NCBI GenBank assembly: GCA_963771345.1 | Contig: CAVYTH010000009.1 | Span: forward strand, 257 to 64,256 | Reading direction: 5' to 3' | DNA length: 64,000 nucleotides | Source of the DNA: an uncultured Actinomycetota bacterium | GTDB lineage: Bacteria > Actinomycetota > Actinomycetes > JACCUZ01 | Part shown: piece by piece, positions 30,802 to 42,316 of the stretch | How the letters are laid out: each line of letters opens with the position of its first letter | Position numbering within the stretch: position 1 is the first letter of the stretch | Program-made: the position numbers and the translations under genes | Notes under the pieces: model-generated | What the model saw: the letters and a program-made list of their open reading frames with translations, nothing else | The model's database searches: none | Told to the model about the DNA's origin: nothing

Positions 30802-31557
30802 GTGCGGGAGCTGTCGAACGCGGGCCGGCTGGCGGCATGGGGCAGCGCCGCCCTGTCCGGCGCGGTCAGCCCGGACGAGGCGGCCGACGAGGTGCGCGGT
30901 CGCCGCGACCCCGGGCACCGGGTGGTCGGCCTGCCGGGCGAGGCCGACGACGTGAACCTGCCCTACGCGCTCGCGCGGCTGCGGTCGCTCGGCGCCACCG
31001 GACTGCGGCTGGTGCTCCCCCGCCCCGGCGACGTGTCCGGGCTGCCCGGGCCGCCGGCGTTCAACGAGCGCGCGGTCGGCCGCGGCGAGGCGGTGCTGAC
31101 CGTCGGCGGTCCGCCGCTCGGCCTGCTCGACGAGACCGGCGGCACCTGGTCGGTGCACCCGGTCGAGCTCGACCTGCGCACTCCCCTGACGCTGCCCGAC
31201 GCCTCGCGCGCGCTGAACGGCGTGATGCGCGAGGCCGCGGCCGTGCTCGCCCGGCTCGACGTCGCGCGGTGGGAGCCGGCCGCGGCCGAGGTGCTCGCGG
31301 CCCGGTCCCGGTCGGTGCGACCCGTCCTCCCGCTGTCGGCGGACCCGAACGCCCACCCGGTCCTCGAGCAGGCGCTGCGCATCTCGGCGATCGTCGAGCT
31401 GGCCCGCGTCCGGCGACGGCGCGGCGGTCAGTGCCAGCGAGGCGGCCGCCCGGTCGGCGGTGCTGCGCGACCTCGACGACGCCGCCCGCCGCGCCGTCGA
31501 GGCCGCTTGCAGCCCCCCTCCCGTCTGACGGTGTCCCGTCAGGGCCGCGCCTCGTAG
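30802..31557 (+). CDS. Hypothetical protein
   Basis: ORF with protein-like composition ('LPYALARLRSLGATGLRLVLP...GGPPLGLLDETGGTWSVHPVELD'). No family recognised and could be spurious. Confidence 0.3.
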   Translation: MRELSNAGRLAAWGSAALSGAVSPDEAADEVRGRRDPGHRVVGLPGEADDVNLPYALARLRSLGATGLRLVLPRPGDVSGLPGPPAFNERAVGRGEAVLTVGGPPLGLLDETGGTWSVHPVELDLRTPLTLPDASRALNGVMREAAAVLARLDVARWEPAAAEVLAARSRSVRPVLPLSADPNAHPVLEQALRISAIVELARVRRRRGGQCQRGGRPVGGAARPRRRRPPRRRGRLQPPSRLTVSRQGRAS

Positions 31558-32589
31558 ACCAGGTTGAGCAGCGTCTCGTGCACCCGGCGGAACCGGGTGA
31601 AGCCCGCGTCGGTCACGACCTGCCGGATCGCCGCCTCGCCGGCCTGCGCGCCGAGCGCGTAGCCACCGGACTGGGACATCGCGTTCGGCACGCAGAGGAA
31701 GGTCGAGAAGCCGTAGTAGACCCGGCCGAGCGGGTTGAGGTTCTCCTCGACCGTGTCGCCCGCCTTCGGCTCGACGATCAGCCAGGTGCCGTCGGGAGCC
31801 AGGGTGGACCTGATCCGCCGGGCCGCGCCGAGCGGGTCGCCCATGTCGTGCAGGCAGTCGAAGGTCGCGACGAGGTCGACGTCGTGCTCGTCGGTGCTCT
31901 GCGCCGCGGCGACCTCGAACCGCACCCGGTCGCTGACGCCGGCCTCGGCGGCGCGCTTGCGGGCCTCCTCGATCGAGCCCTCGTGGTAGTCGCTGCCGAC
32001 GAACGTCGAGGCCGGGAACGCCTGCGCGAGCAGCACCGTCGAGGCGCCGTGCCCGCAGCCGAGGTCGACGACCCGGGCACCCGGCGTTGAGCTTGTCGAC
32101 GACGCCGTCCAGCGCCGGGAGCCACTCGGGCACCAGGTGCATCAGGTAGCCCGGCCGGAAGAACCGCTCGCAGCCGGAGAAGACCATGTCGTCGTGCTCG
32201 TGCCAGCCGATGCCGTCGCCGGTCCGGAACGCCTCGACGACCCGCGGCGTCGCGCGCAGTGAGCCGAGCGCGAGCTCGAACGCACCCGGCAGGTAGATCG
32301 GGCCGTCCGGGTCGGTCAGCGCGAACGCCTGCTCCTCGGTCAGCGAGTACGTCGCCGCCTCCGCGTCGTACGTGACGTAGCCGCCGGCGGCCTGGCCGCG
32401 CAGCCACTCCTCGACGTACCGCGGGTCGGTGCCGGTGGCCTCGGCCAGCTCGGCCGGGCGCTGCGGACCGGCGGCCAGGGCCCGGTAGAGCCCCAGCCGG
32501 TCGCCGACCACGACGTTGCCGGCGGCCATCGTCGCCCCCAGGTCGCCGGCGAACTTGCCGACGAACTCCATCAGTGTGCCCTCGTTCAT
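31539..32589 (-). CDS. Class-I SAM-dependent methyltransferase with N-terminal winged-helix/dimerisation domain, indel ~32075
   Basis: N-domain 'MEFVGKFAGDLGATMAAGNVVVGDRLGLYRALAAGPQRPAELAEATGTDPRYVEEWL'. MTase part 'RVVDLGCGHGASTVLLAQAFP...LVATFDCLHDMGDP...DGTWLIVEP' in a second frame. Confidence 0.7.
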
Positions 32590-32650
32590 GTCCGTCTCCT
32601 CGCTCGTGCCGACGCCCTCCTGCGCGGCGTCCCCACCGTCGGCGCCGGTG

Positions 32651-32667
32651 TTGCAACGCCGTTGCAA
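32651..32667. promoter_or_regulatory. Perfect inverted repeat TTGCAAC-GCC-GTTGCAA (candidate operator), with a nearby half-site-like GGTTGCCA
   Basis: Read from sequence in the ~150-bp divergent intergenic region between the methyltransferase (-) and the alpha/beta-hydrolase/GT genes (+). Confidence 0.45.
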
Positions 32668-32738
32668 GATCGCGGCGGAGGGTTGCCACAGGCCCGGAAC
32701 CGGGCTGGACTGGGCAAGGCGGCGGGAGGGAGACGGTC

Positions 32739-33650
32739 GTGCGCGCACTCGAGCCGGAGGTGCAGGGGTACGTCGAGCAGGACGGCGTGAAGATCGGCTA
32801 CGAGGTCTTCTCGGCCGACAAGGGCGACAGCGGTGCCGCCACCGTGGTCTTCGTGCCGATCGACCTGATCGCGCACGGCCGGGCGTGGAAGGCGCAGGTC
32901 CCCTACCTGGCACGGACCTGCCAGGTGGTCACGATCGACTCGCCCGGCAACGGTCGCTCCGACCGGACGACCGATCCGGCGGCGTACGACCAGCTGCAGA
33001 TGGTGGCCGACACCATCGCGGTGCTCGACGCCGTCGGGGTCGAGCGCGCGGTGCTCGTCGGCATCTGCTCCAGCGCCTGGGAGGCGCTGCTCGTCGCGGC
33101 GCTGCACCCCGACCGGGTGCTCGCCGTCGCGGCCATCGGTCCGTGGGCCCCCAACGTCGCCCCGCACGCGCACAAGGCGGAAGCCATCGCCCGGTTCGAC
33201 GAGGAGCGGCCCGACGACGAGGGCTGGGCGAAGCTCAACCGGCACTACTGGCGGCGCGACTGGCCGGGCTTCGCGGACTTCTTCTTCGGCGAGATCTGCT
33301 CCGAGCCGCACTCGACCAAGCTGATCGAGGACATGGTCGGGTTCGCGTGCGAGTCCTCCGCCGAGGCGCAGATCGCCGCGGTCGACGGTGCGCCGTACCC
33401 CGCGGACCCGGACGAGGGCGAGGCACTGCTGCGGACGATCACCTGCCCGGTGCTCGTCGTGCACGGCACCGAGGACCAGTGCATGCCGCTCGCCCGGGGC
33501 GAGCGGATCGCCGAGCTGACCGGTGCGCGGCTGGTCAGGCTCGAAGGCGCCGGCCACCTCCCGCAGGGCCGCGACCCGGTGCGCGGTCAACCTGCTGCTG
33601 AAGGAGCTCGTCGACTCGGTGTCCGCGCCGCAACCGCAGGCGCAGCGCTG
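32739..33650 (+). CDS. Alpha/beta-hydrolase fold protein, indel ~33590; stop not identified
   Basis: GTG start after 'gggaggga'. 'VVFVPIDLIAHGRAWKAQVPYLART.QVVTIDSPGNGRSD...AVLVGICSSAWEALLVAALHPDRVLAVAAIGPW...CPVLVVHGTEDQCMPL...EGAGHLPQ'. It reads in frame into the next gene, so this is either a lost stop or a fusion. Confidence 0.65.
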
Positions 33651-33660
33651 GACCCGGGCG

Positions 33661-34866
33661 ATGGACCGGCGTCCCCGGGTGCTCTACCTGTCGTCGCCGA
33701 TCGGGCTCGGCCATGCGCGCCGCGACCTGGCCATCGTGCGGGCGCTGCGCGAGCGGCGGCCGGACGTCGTGGTCGACTGGCTCACCCAGGAGCCGGTGGC
33801 CGGCTTCCTGCGGGCGCAGGGCGAGCAGGTGCACCCGGCGTCGGCGCACCTGGCCAGCGAGAGCGGTCACATCGAGAGCCAGGCCGGCGAGCACGACCTG
33901 CACGCCTTCCAGGCGATCCGCACGATGGACGAGGTGCTGGTCGCGAACTTCATGGTGTTCCACGACCTGGTCACCGAGGAGCACCACGACCTGTGGGTGG
34001 GCGACGAGGCCTGGGACCTCGACCACTTCCTGCACGAGAACCCGGAGCTCAAGCGGGCGCCGTTCGCCTGGCTGACCGACTTCGTCGGCTGGCTGCCGAT
34101 GCCCGACGGCGGCGCGCGCGAGGCGGCGCTGACGTCGGACTACAACGCCGAGATGGTCGAGCACATCGCGCGCTACCCGCGGCTGCGCGACACCGCGCTG
34201 TTCGTCGGCGAGCCGGACGACGTCGTGCCCGACTCGCTGGGGCCGGGCCTGCCGGGCATCCGGGAGTGGACCGAGGAGCACTTCGAGTTCACCGGCTACG
34301 TCACCGGCTTCGACCCGGCCGAGGTCGCCGACCGGGCGCGGCTGCGGGAGCGCCTCGGCTACGGCGACGAGCCGGTCTGCGTCGTCGCGGTCGGCGGGTC
34401 GGGCGTCGGCGAGCACCTGCTGCGCCGGGTCGCCGAGGCGTACGACGAGGCCGCCGAGCAGGTGCCCGGGCTGCGGATGGTCCTGGTCGCCGGGCCGCGC
34501 ATCGACCCCGGCTCGCTGCCCCGCCGGCCGGAGATCGACGTCCTCGGCTTCGTGCCCGACCTGCACCACCACCTGGCGGCCTGCGACGTCGCCGTCGTGC
34601 AAGGCGGGCTCACCACCACGATGGAGCTGGTGGCGACCGGCCGGCCGTTCCTCTACGTCCCGCTGCAGAACCACTTCGAGCAGAACTTCCACGTGGCGCA
34701 CCGGCTGGACCGGCACCACGCGGGCCGGCGGCTCGACTGGTCGCAGACCCGGCCCGAGGTCATCGCGCGGCACTGGCCGAGGAGATCGCCCGGACGCCGG
34801 ACTACCGCCCGGTCGGCGACGGACGGGGCGGCCCGGGCGGCCGAGCGGCTGGCCGCCTTGATCTAG
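33661..34866 (+). CDS. GT1-family glycosyltransferase (MGT/UDP-glycosyltransferase-like), paired indels ~34770-34830
   Basis: 'RRPRVLYLSSPIGLGHARRDLAIVRAL' is the N-terminal GT-B motif. The C-terminus has 'VCVVAVGGSGVG', 'HHHLAACDVAVVQGGLTTTMELVATGRPFLYVPL...EQNFHVAHRLDRHHAG'. Confidence 0.75.
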   Translation: MDRRPRVLYLSSPIGLGHARRDLAIVRALRERRPDVVVDWLTQEPVAGFLRAQGEQVHPASAHLASESGHIESQAGEHDLHAFQAIRTMDEVLVANFMVFHDLVTEEHHDLWVGDEAWDLDHFLHENPELKRAPFAWLTDFVGWLPMPDGGAREAALTSDYNAEMVEHIARYPRLRDTALFVGEPDDVVPDSLGPGLPGIREWTEEHFEFTGYVTGFDPAEVADRARLRERLGYGDEPVCVVAVGGSGVGEHLLRRVAEAYDEAAEQVPGLRMVLVAGPRIDPGSLPRRPEIDVLGFVPDLHHHLAACDVAVVQGGLTTTMELVATGRPFLYVPLQNHFEQNFHVAHRLDRHHAGRRLDWSQTRPEVIARHWPRRSPGRRTTARSATDGAARAAERLAALI

Positions 34867-37800
34867 CGCCGGGCGGCTAGCGCCGAGCCGGCCGGGGTGT
34901 AGCCGCGCGCGGCGTCGTGCAGCCGTCCCCACTGGTCCGGCCGGGTCGCGGCCAGCAGCGGCGCGACGACGGTGGCCGCCTCGTCGTCGCGCCCCGCGGC
35001 GCGCAGCGCCTCGGCGACGCTGAGGTACGCGTCGGCGCCGAGGACCCACGCCTGGCCGGCCGGTGCCGCGATGGCGGCGAGCTGGGCCAGCGCGCTCGAC
35101 AGCAAGGCCGGGTCGCCGGTGGCCGCCGCGAGCGGCGCGAGGGTCAGCAGCTGGTACGCCTCCGCGCCGTGGTCGTGCACCGAGTCCCACGCCGGCCCGC
35201 GCCACCACCGCCGCCGCGTCCGCGCGGCCGGCCGCGAGCAGACTCGCGGCGTACAGCCCGGAGGCCGCCGCGAACCACCAGGGATGGTCCAGTGTCGCGG
35301 CCTCCTCGACCGCGGCTCGGCCGTCGGCCAGGGCCACATCGAGCTCGCCGCCGAGCCGCGCCATCCAGCCGCGGTGCGCCAGGAAGAACGGCGCGTACGC
35401 CGGGTAGCCGACCTCCCGGCCGGCTGCGATGGCGACGTCGACCCGACGCCGGGCCTCGTCGGCGTCCCCGGCGGCCAGCGCGACGAACGACGACTCGAAC
35501 AGGCACCACTGCAGCACCAGGCCGTCGCCCAGCCGCCGGGCGAGCGGAGTCAGCTCGTCGAGGACGGCAGCCAGCGGTGCGGTGTCGCCGAGGTAGGCGT
35601 GCACCGTCTTGAGGCCGTCGAGCCCGGCGACCAGCGCGGCCGGGTCGCCCGAGGCCCGGCCGGCCGCCAACGCCCGGCGCGCGAAGCCGAGCGCCTCGTC
35701 GAACCGGAGACTGCTGGTGGCCAGCACCGAGAGCCGGGCACCGAGCTCGGCCTCCGCGGTCCGGTCGCCGAGCTCGGCGGCCAGCCGAAGCCCGGACCGG
35801 AGGAAGCCGCCCCAGGACTCCGAGGGGTGGTGCAGCGCGACGGGGACGTCACCGCCCCGGGCCCGCAGCGCCGCCATCTCGAGCCGCCGGTCGCCGGTCT
35901 CGCGCGCCGTGGCCAGGGCCGCGTCCAGGTCGAGCAGGGCGTCGGCGTACTCGGTCAGGGCATCCAGGGCGGCGGCCCGCGCGAGCAGGACGCGGACACG
36001 ATGTCCGGTGCCGGCACCTGCTCGGCCGCGGCGAGCGCCCGGTCCAGCAGGGCCACCGCGTCGCCGGCCGCGGCCCGGACGGTGGCCGCCTGGCCGGCCA
36101 GCAGCCAGCCCCGCGCGGCGCGTGCCCAGTCGTCCACGGCCTCGGCGTGCGGCGCCATCGCCTCCGGGTCGTGCGCCAGCAGGTCGGCGGCGCGGCGGTG
36201 GTGGGCCCGCCGCAGCGGGTCGGCGAGCGCGGCGTACACGACCTCCTGCACGAGGTCGCCGGCGAACTCGTAGCCGAGCTCGCGGCGCTCCAGCAGCGCC
36301 GCCGGCACCAGCGCCTCGCACCGCCGGACCGCGACCAGCTCGCTGACCTCGAGCAGCCCGGCCAGCAGGACCGGGTCGACCTGCGTCCCGAGGACGGCGG
36401 CCGCCTGCATCGTCTCGACCGCGTCCTCGCCGGCCCGGTCGACCCGCGCCAGGATCGCGTCGGCGAGCGTCTGCGGGACGCCGGAGTCCCCCGCGGCCAG
36501 CGCCCGCAGCATCTCGACGACGCTGAACGCGTGCCCGCGGGTGCGGGTCATCAGGTCGGCGGCCCGCTCGGCCTGCCCGGCGGCCGCGGCCATCGCCTGC
36601 ACGGCCGACGCCGGCAGCCGGTCCAGCGCGACGACGCGGGTGGTGTCGTCCCCGGCCGGCGCCGCGGCGGCCGGGCCTTCGCCGGTGCGGCTCGCGGCGG
36701 CGATCAGCACCCGGGCCTGCACGCACCGCGAGGCGCCGCGGCAGGTGGTCGAGCAGCTCGACGGTCGCGAGGCCGGCGTCCTGCAGGTCGTCGAGGAGCA
36801 GCAGCACCGGGCGGGACCGGCCGAGCCGGTCGAGGACGTGCGCGACCGCCTCGAAGACGGCCCGGCGCTCGGCCTGCGCGGGGCGCGCCGCGGTGCGCGG
36901 CGCCCCCGCGCGGGCCGCCGCGGGGAACACCGCAGCGAGCTCCGGCAGCAGGCCCAGCCACTCGTCGACATGACCCTCGAGGATGGCCGCCAGCTCGGCG
37001 GGCGCCAGGCCGGTCAGGGTCGAGCGCAGCGCGTCGGCGACCGGCTGGAGCAGCAGCGAGCGCTCGGACGCATGGCACCGGGCGGCGAGCACGACGCCGC
37101 CGGTGGACATCGACGACCGCAGTCAGCGCCGAGAGCAGCGCGGACTTCCCGATGCCGCCCGGGCCGGTGACGACGACCAGCCCCGGGGCGCCGGACACCG
37201 CGCGCGACCACGCGTCGCCCAGCACGGCGAGCTCCTCGGCCCGCCCGAGCAGCGCGCCCGCCGGCCGATGTAGTCGCCGACGCGGGAGCCGGCCGCCCGC
37301 CGGCGTCGGGTCCGCCCCCGGCGGCGGCAGCCCGCGCAGCAGCGCCAGGTGCAGGTCCCGGGTCTCGCGCGCCGGGTCGACGCCGAGCTCGCGGCGCAGG
37401 ACCTTCGCCAGCTCGGCGTGCACCGCCAGCGCCCGGGCGGTGTCGCCCGCGGCGGCGTGCGCCCGCATCAGGTCGCGGGCGGCGCTCTCGTCCAGCGGGT
37501 CGGCCTCGACGGCGGCGGCTGCGAGCCCCTCGGCCAGCGCGTGCCCGCCGGTCCGCCCGGCCGCCTCGACCGCCAGGTGGGTGGCCGCGCGCCGGAGCAG
37601 CCGCACCTCGGTGCGCACCGGCGCCGCCCAGTCGTCGTCGACCGTCGGCCGCGACGTCGTCCAGCCCGCTCGACCGGCCGAGCAGGCCCAGCGCGCGCTC
37701 GGCCGCCGCCAGGGCGAGTCCCGGCTCGCCGGACGCCGCGCGCCGGGACGCCTCGTCGACCAGCCCGGCCGCGACGTCGAGGTCGGTGGTCCACGGCCGC

Positions 37801-38103
37801 GCCGGGCAGCAGGCCGTACGCCGCCCGGGACCCGCTCACGACGCCGGGACCGAGCACGCCGCGCAGCCGGCTGACGAGGGTCGCCACGTTCGCGGCAGCG
37901 CCGTCCGGCGGCTCGCCGGCCCAGAGCACCTCGGCGATCCGGTCGGTCGGGACCAGCCGGCCGCGCTCGGCGGCGAGCAGCGCGAGCAGCAGCCGCCCCT
38001 TCCGGCTGGCCAGCGCGCGCCCGCCCACCACCGCACCGTCGACCTCGGCAGCCAGCTCACCGCAGAGCCGGACCAGCACAGGCCGGCCAGGCTCGGGCGT
38101 CAC
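34863..38103 (-). CDS. AfsR/SARP-family large transcriptional regulator (OmpR-type wHTH + BTAD + NB-ARC ATPase + TPR), at least 5 frameshifts
   Basis: GTG start overlaps the glgA TGA. wHTH 'VLVRLCGELAAEVDG...GRALASRKGRLLLALLAAERGRLVPTDRIAEVLW'. BTAD 'DPLDESAARDLMRAHAAAGDTARALAVHAELAKVLRRELGVDPARETRDL'. P-loop 'VVVTGPGGIGKSALL'. A long Ala/Leu-rich TPR-like C-terminus ends '...GYTPAGSALAARR*'. Confidence 0.75.
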
Positions 38104-39282
38104 AGCAGCGTGCGGTAGAGGTCGAGGGTCCGGGTGGCGACCGCCGGCCAGGAGAAGGCCTCCACCGCGCGCCGCCGACCGGCCATGCCCCATCTCGCGG
38201 GCCCGCGCGGGGTCGGCCAGCACCTGCGACAGGGCGTCGGCCAGGTCGGCCTCGAACCGGGACGGGTCGAGCGGCGTCCCGCTGCCGTCGGAGACCTGCT
38301 CGATCGGCACCAGCAGCCCGGTCTCGCCGTCGGCGACGACCTCCGGGATGCCGCCGGTCGCGGTCGCCACCACCGGCACCTCGCAGGCCATCGCCTCGAG
38401 GTTCACGATGCCCATCGGCTCGTAGACCGAGGGGCAGGCGAAGACCGTGGCGTGGGTGAGGATCTGGATGACGTCCGGCTTGGGCAGCATCTCCTGGATC
38501 CAGAAGACGCCGTCGCGGTCCCGGCGCAGCTCCTCGACCAGCACGGTCACCTCGGCGAGGATCTCGTCGGTGTCCGGCGCGCCGGCGCAGAGCACGATCT
38601 GCGCCGACGGGTCGAGGGCCATCATGGCGCGCAGCAGGTGCGGCAGGCCCTTCTGCCGGGTGATCCGGCCGACGAACACGACCGACGGGCGGTCGGGGTC
38701 GATGCCGTGCCGGGCGAGCACGTCGGTGCCGCGGTCGGGCTGGTACTCCTCGGTGTCGATGCCGTTGTGCAGCACGTGCACCCGGTCCGGCTCGACGCCC
38801 GGGTAGCAGCGCAGGACGTCGTCGCGCATCCCGGCCGACACGGCGATGACGGCGTCCGCGGTCTCGACCGCCGTGCGCTCGGACCAGGACGAGAGCGCGT
38901 AGCCGCCGCCGAGCTGCTCGGCCTTCCACGGCCGCAGCGGCTCGAGGCTGTGCGCGCTCATGACGTGCGGCACGTCGTAGAGCAGCTTGGCCAGGTGCCC
39001 GGCGAGGTTGGCGTACCAGGTGTGCGAGTGCACCAGGTCGGCCCCGTCGCAGCCGGCGACCATCGACAGGTCGGTGCCCAGCGTGCGCAGCGCCGGGTTG
39101 GCGCCGGCCAGGGCCTCCGGCACGGCGTACGCCGTCACGCCCGGCTCGTCGCGCGGTGCCCCCATGCAGTGCACCCGGACGTCGACCAGCCGGCGCAGCT
39201 CACGGGCGAGGTACTCGACGTGGACGCCGGCGCCCCCGTAGACCTCGGGCGGGTATTCACGGGTGAGCAGGTCGACGCGCAT
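38100..39282 (-). CDS. glgA: GT4 alpha-glucosyltransferase, glycogen-synthase-like (homolog of Mtb Rv1212c GlgA/GlgM), indel ~38150
   Basis: 'MRVDLLTREYPPEVYGGAGVHVEYLARELRRLVDVRVHCMG...', 'SVVFVGRITRQKGLPHLLRAM...FACPSVYEPMGIVNLEAMACEVPVVATATGGIPEVV', end '...TLDLYRTLL*'. Confidence 0.85.
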
Positions 39283-39327
39283 GGACGGATTCTGGCCCGT
39301 CGCGGCCCGCAGGGATAGCGTGCGCCC

Positions 39328-40562
39328 ATGCCGGATCGGATCCTGTCCATCGTGCTCGCCGGCGGCGAGGGCAAGCGCCTGATGCCGCTGACCGCCGACC
39401 GGGCCAAGCCCGCCGTGCCGTTCGGCGGGCATCTACCGGCTCATCGACTTCGTGCTGTCGAACCTGGTCAACGGCGGCTACCGGAAGATCGTGGTGCTCA
39501 CGCAGTACAAGAGCCACAGCCTCGACCGGCACGTCGCCGGCACCTGGCGGCTGTCGACGATGCTCGGCAACTACATCGCGCCGGTCCCGGCGCAGCAGCG
39601 GCTCGGCCCGCGGTGGTTCGCCGGGTCGGCCGACGCGATCTACCAGAGCCTCAACCTGATCGGCGACGAGCGGCCGAGCCACGTCATCGTCTTCGGCGCC
39701 GACCACATCTACCGGATGGACCCGAGCCAGATGGTGGCCCAGCACATCGAGTCCGGCGCCGGCGTGACGGTGGCCGGCGATCCGGCAGCCGATCGAGCTC
39801 GCCGACCAGTTCGGCGTCATCGAGACCGCCAACGACCGGCGGCTGATCGCCGCCTTCCGCGAGAAGCCCACCGACGCCGTCGGCCTGGCCGACGACCCCG
39901 AGCAGGTCTACGCCTCGATGGGCAACTACGTCTTCTCCACCGACGTACTGATCGACGCGCTGCGCAAGGACGCGCTCGACCCGAGCAGCAAGCACGACAT
40001 GGGCGGCAACATCATCCCGATGCTGGTCGCCACCGGCGAGGCGCAGGTCTACGACTTCCGCGACAACGACGTACCCGGCTCCACGTCGCGCGACAAGGAC
40101 TACTGGCGCGACGTCGGGACCCTGGACGCCTTCTACGACGCGCACTCCGACCTGATCGCCGTCCACCCGGTGTTCAACCTCTACAACAACGACTGGCCGA
40201 TCTACACCTCGCACGAGCCGCTGCCGCCGGCCAAGTTCGTGCACGACGAGGCCGGCCGCGTCGGCCACGCGGTCAACTCGTTCGTCTCCAGCGGCGCCGT
40301 GGTCTCCGGCGCCCGGGTCGACCTGTCGGTGCTCTCCCCCTGGGTCACGGTGCACTCCTGGGCCGAGGTGACCGGCAGCGTGCTGATGAACAACGTGATC
40401 GTCGAGCGCAACGCGATCGTCCGCAACGCGATCATCGACAAGAACGTCATCGTGCCCGAGGGCGCGCGGGTCGGCGTCGACCACGAGGAGGACAAGGCCC
40501 GCGGCTTCGTCGTCTCCGAGGGCGGCATCACCGTCGTCGGCAAGGGTCAGCGGGTCTCCTAG
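39328..40562 (+). CDS. glgC: Glucose-1-phosphate adenylyltransferase, 3 indels (~39430, ~39780, ~39900)
   Basis: '[34 protein letters not shown]', '...[16 protein letters not shown]', '...[15 protein letters not shown]...[15 protein letters not shown]' and the C-terminal left-handed β-helix repeats. Divergent from glgA, as in Mtb. Confidence 0.85.
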
Positions 40563-40567
40563 CCCCG

Positions 40568-41788
<1,221 letters not shown>

Positions 41789-41807
41789 ACCGGCGGGCCG
41801 TCCCGCT

Positions 41808-42271
41808 GCTAGCGGGGCGGCTCCCACAGCTCGACCAGCCGGCCCTTGCCCCCGGTCAGCTCGACCAGCGCCACCGCACCGGGGCGCATCCCGTGCAGGT
41901 CGCCGGTCAGCGCCATCACCACCTGCTCCAGCGTCGGGTTGTGCCCGACGACGATGCGCACCGGCAGGTCGTCGGACGGCGATGTGCTCGAGCACCTCGC
42001 GGGCCCCGGCCAGGTAGAGGCCGCGGTCGACGGAGACCTCGTCGGCCTCGGGCAGCGCCGGCGCCATGCCGGCCCAGGTCTGCTGCGCCCGGGTCGCGGA
42101 CGACACCCAGGCGTGGTCGACCCGGTCCAGCCGGCCGGCCAGCCACTGCCCGGCCGCGGTGGCGGCGGCCAGACCCCGGCTGGTCAGCCGCCGGTCGTGG
42201 TCGGCGCCCTCCTCGCCGCTCTCGGCCTTGCCGTGCCGGACGACGACGAGCAGCTGCGACGCGCTATCCAT
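41808..42271 (-). CDS. Histidine-phosphatase-superfamily (SixA/PGAM-like) protein, indel ~41990
   Basis: '[27 protein letters not shown]...' is an RHG motif. The C-terminal '[15 protein letters not shown]...' is in a second frame. Convergent with serB. Confidence 0.6.
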
Positions 42272-42316
42272 ACGCCCATCGTGCCCTGGGAGGCGCCGCC
42301 CTCTACGCTCGGGCTC

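Noticed and set aside
30769-32913. 714-aa minus ORF taken as one gene
   Set aside because: Only the 5' third (32589 down to ~32080) and the separate 31539-32036 frame are protein-like. Together they reconstruct one methyltransferase with an indel. The remainder is frame noise.
33535-37110. 1191-aa minus ORF as a single protein
   Set aside because: It is a composite of the SARP regulator's TPR region in one frame plus antisense read-through of the glycosyltransferase gene. The SARP gene was re-delimited to 34863-38103 using motif continuity.
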